A stretch of DNA of 64,000 nt from Gammaproteobacteria bacterium. Lineage in GTDB: Bacteria; Pseudomonadota; Gammaproteobacteria; Pseudomonadales; Azotimanducaceae. Both the position numbers and the translations under genes were made by a program. The notes beneath the pieces are model-generated. The model had not been told where the DNA came from. It did not search any database and worked only from the letters and a program-made list of their open reading frames with translations. How positions within the stretch are numbered: the first letter of the stretch is position 1; each line of letters starts with the position of its first letter. The stretch covers positions 100,435 through 164,434 of the forward strand of contig JAJFKA010000030.1 of assembly GCA_021773555.1 (NCBI GenBank), read 5' to 3'. Shown in pieces: positions 9,446 through 17,101 of the stretch.

Positions 9446-10405
9446 ATGTCAACAGCACACTCGCGAACGGTAAATCTGGGCTCCCACCAGATGCATTGCA
9501 TGGAAGCGGGTCAAGGACCGCTGGTGCTGATGTGCCATGGTTTTCCTGAATCCTGGTACTCATGGCGACACCAGCTTGCGCCACTCGCCGAGGCTGGTTA
9601 TCACGCGGTGGCCATGGATATGCGTGGCTATGGTGGTTCATACAAACCGAACGAGATTGATGCCTACAATCAGGTGGATATTGCCGCAGATATCGCTGGA
9701 GTGATCGAGGCGACGGGACATGAACAAGCGGTTATCGTGGGGCACGACTGGGGCGCACCTGCGGTATGGAACACGGCACTGCTGCACCCTTCAAAAGTAA
9801 CCGCCGTGGCTGGCCTGAGCGTGCCTTACACGGGACGTGCTGAAACGTCCCCGCTGCTGACCCTGAAGACGCTGTTTAAGGATCGGTTTTTCTACATATT
9901 GTATTTCCAGACACCCGGTACTGCGGAAGCAGAACTGGAATCGGATGTCCGGGACTTTATCACGCGATTCTACGTGATGGCATCAAAGCAGGGCGATGGC
10001 TCGTTTATGCTGACGAAGGCCGCTGATGAGCCTTTGCTACAGGGTTTTGAACCAGCAGGAAATCTACCGGACTGGTTCAGTGAACAGGACCTGGATTATT
10101 ACACGGCAGAATTTGAGCAAAACGGATTCCGGGGTCCGCTGAGCTGGTATCGAAATCTCGATCGAAGCTGGGAGCGAACGAAGCAGCTTTCTGGTAAAAA
10201 AATCACGCAACCGGCGCTGTTTATTGCCGGGGAACAGGATGGTGTTATCGCTGATCGCACATCCCTGGATCGGATGAAGGACAATTTTGAAGATCTGCGG
10301 GGTATCGAGCTAATTGATCAGTGTGGCCACTGGACGCAACAGGAACAACCGGAAAAGGTAAACGCCCTGCTGCTGAACTTCCTGAATTCACTTTCTCAGA
10401 AATAA
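9446..10405 (+). CDS. alpha/beta hydrolase, epoxide-hydrolase-like
   Basis: HGFPESWYSWRHQ motif, GHDWGA nucleophile elbow and a C-terminal CGHW histidine motif. Confidence 0.85.
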   Translation: MSTAHSRTVNLGSHQMHCMEAGQGPLVLMCHGFPESWYSWRHQLAPLAEAGYHAVAMDMRGYGGSYKPNEIDAYNQVDIAADIAGVIEATGHEQAVIVGHDWGAPAVWNTALLHPSKVTAVAGLSVPYTGRAETSPLLTLKTLFKDRFFYILYFQTPGTAEAELESDVRDFITRFYVMASKQGDGSFMLTKAADEPLLQGFEPAGNLPDWFSEQDLDYYTAEFEQNGFRGPLSWYRNLDRSWERTKQLSGKKITQPALFIAGEQDGVIADRTSLDRMKDNFEDLRGIELIDQCGHWTQQEQPEKVNALLLNFLNSLSQK

Positions 10406-10411
10406 TCAGGC

Positions 10412-11269
10412 TTACTTTGCGTTGACGACTTTGCTGACGGTCGTATAGTGCAAGCCCAGATGATCCCCGATTTCCATGAGCGTGTAACTGTAATCAACAT
10501 GGGCACGCCATATCTGGTCGTTGCGTTCAGACCGTGACCACGAGTCCACATTCCTGAACAGAGATTGCAGGCTGCGCCGTCGTTTGGCCTGCTTTGGACC
10601 CCTTTTAGTCATCTTCTCGCCGTTCAGGATCGGTTGCATTTCACTGAGAAACCGGGCTCCGCCAAGTAGTACCTGGAAGCAGCGTTCGTTCAGAGGGGAG
10701 TCGACCTCCAGACCATTTTTGACATAGTCCTGGTATTTACGCTGGCTGTCCTTCTCCCGCTTGCCAAAATGGGCAAGTACGTCCTGCCTGGACAGAAAAG
10801 AAGGTCCTTTGACGTCACCACACATCGCCCGGTGACTGCTCCAACGGTAGGACTTTAAAGCACCGGGTGTACCAACTCGTACCGGATTCAAAACAACATG
10901 ACGGCAAAGTGGTAGCAGATAGTTATCTTTTTCGAAGAGCACACTCTTGAACCTGCCCTGGAAAATAGGTCCTTCTTCTGTGTGCCTGCGATTGAAATGT
11001 TGAGTGTAAACACCATTCAACTGTCGCATGCCTTTTGAAAGGTTCGCTTCCTGAATCTCGACAATCAAATGGTAGTGTTCATCCATCAGGACATAACTGT
11101 GCAGCAACCAGCCGAACCGGCTGACAACACTATCCAGGACATTCAGAAAGACAGCACGGTCTTCTTTATCCCGAAACACTATTCTATCTTTGCTTCCCTT
11201 GCTCGTTACGTGATAACAGGCGCCTGGAAACTCGATACGAACAGGTCTGGACATAGTCGGCCTTAACAC
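10412..11269 (-). CDS. Y1 (HUH) transposase-fold protein (IS200/RAYT-like) fused to a DnaA-C-like HTH
   Basis: HUH motif HYHLIVE, candidate catalytic Tyr in RKYQDYVKNG, and C-terminal YSYTLMEIGDHLGLHYTTVSKVV helix-turn-helix. Confidence 0.7.
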   Translation of the reverse strand: MLRPTMSRPVRIEFPGACYHVTSKGSKDRIVFRDKEDRAVFLNVLDSVVSRFGWLLHSYVLMDEHYHLIVEIQEANLSKGMRQLNGVYTQHFNRRHTEEGPIFQGRFKSVLFEKDNYLLPLCRHVVLNPVRVGTPGALKSYRWSSHRAMCGDVKGPSFLSRQDVLAHFGKREKDSQRKYQDYVKNGLEVDSPLNERCFQVLLGGARFLSEMQPILNGEKMTKRGPKQAKRRRSLQSLFRNVDSWSRSERNDQIWRAHVDYSYTLMEIGDHLGLHYTTVSKVVNAK

Positions 11270-11445
11270 TTCTTATTGTTGGCTGTTGATTACCAAAGTC
11301 TTACAGCTTTGGGGGAAAAAATAATACCTCTCGTTCGTGAGGGTAACAACCCCTGAACGGTTTTTTTGACCAAAATTCCTCCTTGACCTTTGCTTGTTAC
11401 TGTTACTAACTTCGGATTCCAAAATAATTCAATGGAGAACCAGCC

Positions 11446-11943
11446 ATGGCAGTTGACAAATTCCCGGTTGAAGCAGGACACATTATGATGTTCGCTCGAT
11501 CAATCGGTGACGCCAATCAGATCTACTACGACGAGGACTATGCAAACTCAACGGAACCCGGAGCAGTTATCGCCCCGCCAACATTCGTCCAGGCAAGTGC
11601 ACAGTTTGATCCCGATTATTTTTTGCGACCAAAAATCGGTCAGGAATGGTTCGGCTCAGCCAAGGAAGCCACTGGTCTTACCCAACGAGAAAGCAGTGGT
11701 GGAGGCGGAGGTGGAGGTGGCTTGCACGCAGAACAGCACTACGAATATCACAAACAACTTCAAGCAGGGGATGTTCTTACGGCCACTACCAAACCAGGAA
11801 AATCCTGGGAAAAAGAAGGCAGGCGTGGCGGCAAGTTAATGTTCAGTGAGTCTGTCACTGAATATCGGGACCAAAACGGTGATCTTGTTGTCACCGCCAC
11901 AGGTGTTGGAGTGCGTACAGAACGCCCGGCAACTTCAGAGTAA
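11446..11943 (+). CDS. MaoC/FAS1-like dehydratase N-terminal hot-dog subunit (HadA-like)
   Basis: FPVEAGHIMMFARSIGD... hot-dog fold character, an internal Gly8 tract, and a GGAG Shine-Dalgarno before the ATG. A second hot-dog gene follows 12 nt later. Confidence 0.7.
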   Translation: MAVDKFPVEAGHIMMFARSIGDANQIYYDEDYANSTEPGAVIAPPTFVQASAQFDPDYFLRPKIGQEWFGSAKEATGLTQRESSGGGGGGGGLHAEQHYEYHKQLQAGDVLTATTKPGKSWEKEGRRGGKLMFSESVTEYRDQNGDLVVTATGVGVRTERPATSE

Positions 11944-11955
11944 AGGGGAGTAAAT

Positions 11956-12378
11956 ATGACTATCAAAGCAAGTGAAATCAAAGTCGGTGATACCTATTCC
12001 GAAGAAGTATGCAAAAACCTGTCCAGAACGCAGATTGTGCAGTACGCGGGGGCTTCAGGGGACTACAACCCTTTGCATAGTGATGAAATATTCACTACCC
12101 AGATTGCCAAATACCCTTCAGTCTTTGCTCACGGCATGCTGTCCATGGGTATGACGGGGAAAATGCTGACCAACTATGTGGGTGATGGCAGACTAACCAA
12201 ATTTGGTGTTCGCTTTACCTCTCAGGTATTCCCAGGTGCAACCCTGACGGCTACCGCGACTGTTGCCGCGATCAGGGAAGAAGGCGGTGAACATTTTGCA
12301 GATATTGAAGTTTCAACGAAGGATGAAGCCGGAACGGAAGTAATCAAGGGGAATGCAATAGCAAGGCTTGACCCTTAG
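11956..12378 (+). CDS. MaoC-family (R)-specific enoyl-CoA hydratase subunit (HadB-like)
   Basis: YAGASGDYNPLHSD hydratase-2 motif. Confidence 0.8.
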   Translation: MTIKASEIKVGDTYSEEVCKNLSRTQIVQYAGASGDYNPLHSDEIFTTQIAKYPSVFAHGMLSMGMTGKMLTNYVGDGRLTKFGVRFTSQVFPGATLTATATVAAIREEGGEHFADIEVSTKDEAGTEVIKGNAIARLDP

Positions 12379-12430
12379 CAATTTCGTTGGTGGCAGCCCC
12401 CCGGTGCCAGCCGGGGTTGTCACCACTCAA

Positions 12431-12729
12431 GGGTCAGAGTTGAACGGCTCTTACTTAAGCAAATTCCGTCGTTCGAAGTGCCATCTCGAAGACTTTAGCG
12501 GAAGGTGCAGTGGTTCCTTTCCGCAGCCTTCAGGTCGGGCCGCGCAGGTCGGGCCGCGTTCGGCGTAGCGCCGAGCGCGTGGAGAAAGGGGGCCGCCATC
12601 GGACCCGCAGGGGCTTTCGACCAAGTGAGGGAAGCTCGGAGAGCCGCAAGCCGCGTAGGAAGGGAACCACTGCACCTTCTGCGAAACAACCCGGTTCAAT
12701 GTTAACTAAGTGCCATTCGGGTCAGAGTT
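12431..12729. repeat. MITE-like GC-rich palindromic element with flanking 11-bp direct repeat
   Basis: GGGTCAGAGTT occurs at 12431-12441 and 12719-12729. GAAGGTGCAGTGGTTCCTTTCC (12501-12522) pairs with GGAAGGGAACCACTGCACCTTC (12658-12679) with 1 mismatch. The outer arms are also imperfectly inverted. There is an internal tandem CAGGTCGGGCCGCG x2 and a GCGTTCGGC/GCCGAGCGC hairpin. Confidence 0.55.
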
Positions 12730-12732
12730 CAG

Positions 12733-13512
12733 TTAACGAGATCCCTGCCCATCGTCAACTTTTATAACCGTTCCCGTGACACATTCGGATGATGGAGAAA
12801 CCAGGAACAACAATGTGCTGTCCATCTGCGCCGGATCACAAATTCTCTTCCGCGGGAATCCGACGCTGATATCCCCAATTCGCTCGAGCATGCCATCCAT
12901 CATTTCAGAGGAAAACGCACCGGGTGCAATACAATTTACGTTGATGTTGAATCGCGCCCATTCAACCGCCAATGCCTCCGTCATCCGTACGATACCCGAT
13001 TTTGTGGTCGCGTAGAGTGCCGCGGCTGACTGCGCAGTCGTCGTAAATGCCGCTATAGAGGAAATATTCACCATACGGCCCGGCAATTCACTTTTTATCA
13101 ACCGCCTGGCAATCTCACATGACAAAAACCAGGGTCCTGTCAGATTCGTATCAAAGACTTTATCAATCAGCTCGTCAGACATTTTCACGGCTCGCTGCGC
13201 ATCGGGAATGCCTGCGTTGTTCACCAGGATGGTAACCGTGCCAAATTTTTCTTCGGCTTTATCCACTGCCTGTCGGATGCTTTGCCGGTCAGTCATGTCC
13301 AGCGTTATCGGCTCGCAAATACCTCCCGCCGCGCGTATTTCCTGGGCGAGTTCGTTCAGTCGGTCAGTTCGCCTGCCGGTGGCGACGACACTGGCTCCAC
13401 ACTTGGCCAGTACCTGGGCAAATCGCCTGCCCAGCCCCGATGTCGTTCCAGTGACAAAGGCGACCTGGCCGGTGAGATCAATCGAGAAATTTGGATTCGC
13501 AAAATCGGACAT
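12733..13512 (-). CDS. SDR-family oxidoreductase
   Basis: TGTTSGLGRR Rossmann motif, NISS and YATTK motifs. The ATG at 13512 is preceded by AGGA. The longest ORF would start at 13566. Confidence 0.85.
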   Translation of the reverse strand: MSDFANPNFSIDLTGQVAFVTGTTSGLGRRFAQVLAKCGASVVATGRRTDRLNELAQEIRAAGGICEPITLDMTDRQSIRQAVDKAEEKFGTVTILVNNAGIPDAQRAVKMSDELIDKVFDTNLTGPWFLSCEIARRLIKSELPGRMVNISSIAAFTTTAQSAAALYATTKSGIVRMTEALAVEWARFNINVNCIAPGAFSSEMMDGMLERIGDISVGFPRKRICDPAQMDSTLLFLVSPSSECVTGTVIKVDDGQGSR

Positions 13513-13638
13513 CTTGGTTCCTTTGGTTGGTTGCGGGCAAGTGTCGCCGGGAAATCTTGGCCACACAAAAACGGCATGTTATCCGCATGACCATAGCATC
13601 AGCAAACCGGTAGACACAGAGCCTCAGGGTTCGTTATC

Positions 13639-14627
13639 TTGCACTCGATGCCCAGCCAACAACCTATAGACACAAATCTTCCGCTTCCCAAGCAATTAGG
13701 TTTTGACGCCAGGCCATTCCCTCGTGTCATCTCGGCATCGGGAGATCTCGATTATGATCAGTGGATTTGCGACAACCGCGATCAGCTTACGACCTGGCTT
13801 GACGAATCCGGGGTTATCTTGTTCCGGGGATTGCCGATCACCAGTGTGTCCGAGTTTGATCAGTTCTCCGCGGTTTTTGATTATCCCGATTTCACGTATC
13901 AGGAATCCCTGTCGAATGCGGTACGCGTCAATCTGTCACCTCGTGTTTTTACTGCTAACGAAGCGCCGCCGGAGGTAGAAATATTTCTCCATCACGAAAT
14001 GGCACAGACCCCTCTCCCTCCTCGGCGTATTTTTTTTACTGCCAGTGTCCGGCCGAACTCGGCGGGGCGACGCCGGTCTGCCGTTCGGACCAGCTATACA
14101 AAAAGCTCTTCCAACTGCATCCCGAATATCTTGCTCGTCTTGAACGACACGGTGTGACCTACACCACCCGGATGCCGCTCGAAAATAATCCAGAGTCAGG
14201 ACAGGGCCGCAGTTGGAAAAGTACACTGGGCGTTGGTGATCCGGTTGCCGCAGAGCTTCGCTTAAGCGAACTGGGTTATCGCTGGCAGTGGCGAGAAGAT
14301 CAGTGCCTCGAAACCACAACACCGGTGCTACCCGCGGTTATCAAACTGGACAGTGGCGAAAAGAGTTTCTTTAACCAGCTTATCGCTGCTTATCTTGGCT
14401 GGCCGGGTGTGAAGGCCGATCCTGGTGCGACGCTCCGACTCGGAAATGGTGAGGCCGTCTCCGCGACCTTTCTGCAACAGGTCGCCGAACTCACCGCAGA
14501 ATTCTCCTTTGATGTTGCCTGGCAAAGCGGCGACGTCGCCCTGGTCGATAATCACCGCGTCATGCATGGGCGCAAGCCCTATCAGGGTGGTACCCAACGG
14601 ATCGTGCTGGTGACATTGTCGGCATGA
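13639..14627 (+). pseudogene. TauD/TfdA-family Fe(II)/2-oxoglutarate dioxygenase interrupted by a frameshift in a T8 run
   Basis: Frame 1 (13639-14157) carries HHEM..PPRRIFF. After the T8 run at 14030-14037 the family-like continuation YCQCPAELGGATPVCRSDQLY...HGVTYTTRMP... is in frame 3 and runs to 14627. A ninth T would restore a single ORF. Confidence 0.7.
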
Positions 14628-14708
14628 GCACGTACAGCGGCTGATCTCTGGTTGCGAATCAATTGAATATAGTGAAAATGGAATGATCAAAGCCACCAGG
14701 AAGTTAAC

Positions 14709-14969
14709 TTGAATCGCAGACACCTCGTCAAAGCAGTGCTGGGAAGCGCCGTGGTGACCTCGGTCACGCAATTGCATCTGCCGACTGTGTTGAGAGATCG
14801 TGAAACCGGTCGCGAGGCGCTGCAATCCGCAGCCAAAAAAATGCGACAATCCTTCGAGGCCCTGGAGAATCGGGTTGATAAGATGGAGCATCACCATCAA
14901 AACCTGCTGCGTTTTGCCGCTATCGGGCTCGCCATCAGCACCGGTGTGGACCTCAGCCTGCTCCTCTAG
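14709..14969 (+). CDS. hypothetical small protein with Tat-type signal and C-terminal TM
   Basis: TTG start 5 nt after AGGAAG. N-terminal NRRHLVKAVLGSAVV fits the twin-arginine pattern. Also an HHH tract and a hydrophobic C-terminus. Confidence 0.4.
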   Translation: MNRRHLVKAVLGSAVVTSVTQLHLPTVLRDRETGREALQSAAKKMRQSFEALENRVDKMEHHHQNLLRFAAIGLAISTGVDLSLLL

Positions 14970-14980
14970 CCCTGCCTGCC

Positions 14981-16072
14981 ATGTCACCGTTTAAGATGTC
15001 AGCAGGGCAACAACTTTGCGCTCAGTTCTACGCGGAAGCGGTCCTGCCGTTACTGCGGGAACATTTCCCCGGTGTAAAGCACAGTGCCGCACGCTGGGGA
15101 CATGGATCCGAGGTGCTGGGTTATGATGACAGGCGATCAAGGGATCATCACTGGGGACCGCGAACGTCGGTTTTTTTAGGAGAAGAAGATTTCCATCTGA
15201 AGCAGGACATCGTGGCACTCATGGCGACGAAACTACCTTTTGAAATCTCCGGCGTGCCAACCCACTTTACAAATATTAACGAAAGCGGCGGCCAGGTCGC
15301 TGCGCGGAAGACGTATCCCATTGCGCATGGTGTATCCGTCACCACTGTGTCCCGATTTTTGCACCAGCACCTGGGCTTTGATCCCGACCATGATACCGGG
15401 CTGATGGATTGGCTGCTCACCGCACCGCACCTGTTCGCCACTGTTCAGTCCGGGCCAGTCTTCCATGATGGTCTCGCGTGCCTGAGAGGCATTCAGACAA
15501 GCCTCAACTGGTACCCGGAGGACGTATGGCGCTATATTCTGGCTAACCAGTGGCGCCGCATTGACCAGGAGGCGCCATTTATGGCTCGCTGTGGCGACGT
15601 GGGGGATGAAATCGGCTCCCGGGTGATCGCGAACCGAATGATCGCCGAGATAATCAGCTTAAGCTTTCTGATGGCGAGGCAATATCGGCCTTACATAAAA
15701 TGGACCGGGACCGCGTTCCTGAGACTACCGATTGCGAAGCAACTGGGCCCCCGGCTACTGCGCATTCAAAAAGCGAGGAATTGGCACACTCGTGAACAGC
15801 ATCTGAGCCATGCCTATCTGATCATTGGTGAAGCGCACAACCAATTGGCGATTACACCACCTGTTGATGTCAGGATATCAACATTCCATGACCGTCCTTA
15901 CCTCACGCCTGGAGCCAATCGCTTTGTTGAAGCGCTGCACAACGAAATCACCGATGAGGCGGTCACGCGATTACCGCCGCATGTCGGCGCGCTGTACCAG
16001 TATGTGGACTCCACCGATGTCACAAGCAACGTCACGCTCAGTCGCAGTTTTGCACACATTTATAAACGATAA
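14981..16072 (+). CDS. hypothetical protein, DUF4037-like / degenerate nucleotidyltransferase-like
   Basis: 363-aa ORF with the N-terminal GHGSEVLGYDDRRSRDHHWGPR block recalled from DUF4037-containing proteins. No other assignable motif. Confidence 0.5.
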   Translation: MSPFKMSAGQQLCAQFYAEAVLPLLREHFPGVKHSAARWGHGSEVLGYDDRRSRDHHWGPRTSVFLGEEDFHLKQDIVALMATKLPFEISGVPTHFTNINESGGQVAARKTYPIAHGVSVTTVSRFLHQHLGFDPDHDTGLMDWLLTAPHLFATVQSGPVFHDGLACLRGIQTSLNWYPEDVWRYILANQWRRIDQEAPFMARCGDVGDEIGSRVIANRMIAEIISLSFLMARQYRPYIKWTGTAFLRLPIAKQLGPRLLRIQKARNWHTREQHLSHAYLIIGEAHNQLAITPPVDVRISTFHDRPYLTPGANRFVEALHNEITDEAVTRLPPHVGALYQYVDSTDVTSNVTLSRSFAHIYKR

Positions 16073-16103
16073 CCCGTGATCCGGAGCCGATAAATAGTAC
16101 GAG

Positions 16104-16859
16104 CTAGGGCTTGGTCATTTTCAGGATAAACCGATCGGTCTTGCCTCGAATTGTCGGCGAGAATACCGACTCCGTGTGTTCGTCATAGTGATTGACCAGC
16201 AGCGGGCTGTACTGCACGGTAAAGCCTGCATTGGTGCCCAGGGCCATCGCGTCCAGCATGCGCATGCGATGCAGTGACTTGTTGTCTGCACCGAAATTAC
16301 CTTCATGGTCAATGACGCCCAGGACGCCGCCGTGCTTCAGTAAATCCTTAATCGAGCGCAACATGCCCAGTGCCACCGCGGGTGATTCATTGTAGACATC
16401 ATGCAGATTCAGCGCCGTGACCGCGGCGTCCAGCGAATTGGGTTCGATCCCCAGATCACCCAACTCTCGATCCAATCTGGTCACGTTCGGCAATCGGTCA
16501 TTAGCCAATCGTGCAGTCATGGCTTTGTCGTTGGCGCCATCGCGAAATTTCAATACCCGCGCCGGATTTTGTGCATACACAGTCCCGGTGGGACCAACCG
16601 CATGGGACAAGACCTCGGTGTAGTAGCCACCGGCAGCGATCACATCGAGCACCTTCATCCCTGCCTCGATACCGAGATAAGCAATCACTTCTGCAGGTCG
16701 GCGACCGGCATCCCTGGCTTTATCCTCTGCAGACCGACTCTTGCTATTGGTGAGTGCCGTTGCCAGTGGATCGTCCGTCTGTGGGGTGGAGGCGCAGCCG
16801 ACGGAGAGCAGTAGGCTGAACGCCAGTAAGGTATAAATTGTCAAGGGTCGATATTTCAT
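16104..16859 (-). CDS. exported (lipobox) class I SAM-methyltransferase-fold protein, paralogue A
   Basis: Signal peptide with LSVGC lipobox and glycine-rich motif I-like VLDVIAAGGYYT. C-terminus GKTDRFILKMTKP is shared with the ORF at 30454-31215. Confidence 0.65.
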   Translation of the reverse strand: MKYRPLTIYTLLAFSLLLSVGCASTPQTDDPLATALTNSKSRSAEDKARDAGRRPAEVIAYLGIEAGMKVLDVIAAGGYYTEVLSHAVGPTGTVYAQNPARVLKFRDGANDKAMTARLANDRLPNVTRLDRELGDLGIEPNSLDAAVTALNLHDVYNESPAVALGMLRSIKDLLKHGGVLGVIDHEGNFGADNKSLHRMRMLDAMALGTNAGFTVQYSPLLVNHYDEHTESVFSPTIRGKTDRFILKMTKP

Positions 16860-16893
16860 AGGTTCTCCAGAAATTTGATTGAGTCGAATAACC

Positions 16894-17101
16894 GATCACT
16901 GATCGAACTTGCTGATCGATTGCTGATAGATCGTGGATTGAGCTGGCATTGACTCAATCCTGTGTGATCGTCAGACTCCGATCGTCAAGTTTACCGTAAG
17001 CCACCCGCGACAGCATATCCCTCCGGCCAGATTGAACAGGCGGATCGAGATAGCGACTAATCGAGCAGGGCCAGGTTACGCAGTTCACGTCATGGGTGAT
17101 C
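16894..17101. promoter_or_regulatory. GATC(G)-rich divergent promoter region
   Basis: GATC at 16894, 16901, 16914, 16929, 16966, 16980, 17043 and 17098. Direct repeats CTGATCGA x2. Inverted repeat GGATTGAG-N10-CTCAATCC at 16935-16960. Confidence 0.3.

Noticed and set aside
11695-11722. The GGN repeat encoding Gly8, as a phase-variation contingency locus.
   Set aside because: The repeat is trinucleotide and imperfect, so slippage would stay in frame. It is more likely just a flexible linker.
12431-12729. The palindromic element as an integron attC site or gene-cassette boundary.
   Set aside because: GTTAAC-like cores are present, but they do not fit GTTRRRY well. There is no intI, no attI and no array of cassettes. 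At 277 bp it is also longer than typical attC sites.
12451-12767. Four 64-85-aa ORFs on both strands, rich in Arg, Ala and Gly.
   Set aside because: They lie inside the GC-rich palindromic element and mirror each other because of the inverted symmetry. There is no Shine-Dalgarno sequence and no motif.
14328-14987. 219-aa ORF on the minus strand.
   Set aside because: It lies antisense to the well-supported C-terminal half of the TauD-family gene and to the small Tat-signal ORF. The composition is low-complexity and no motif is recognisable, so it is a shadow ORF.
16860-17101. The GATC cluster as a replication origin (oriC).
   Set aside because: I see no TTATCCACA-type DnaA boxes and no AT-rich 13-mer unwinding element. 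No dnaA, gidA, mioC or parAB genes are nearby.
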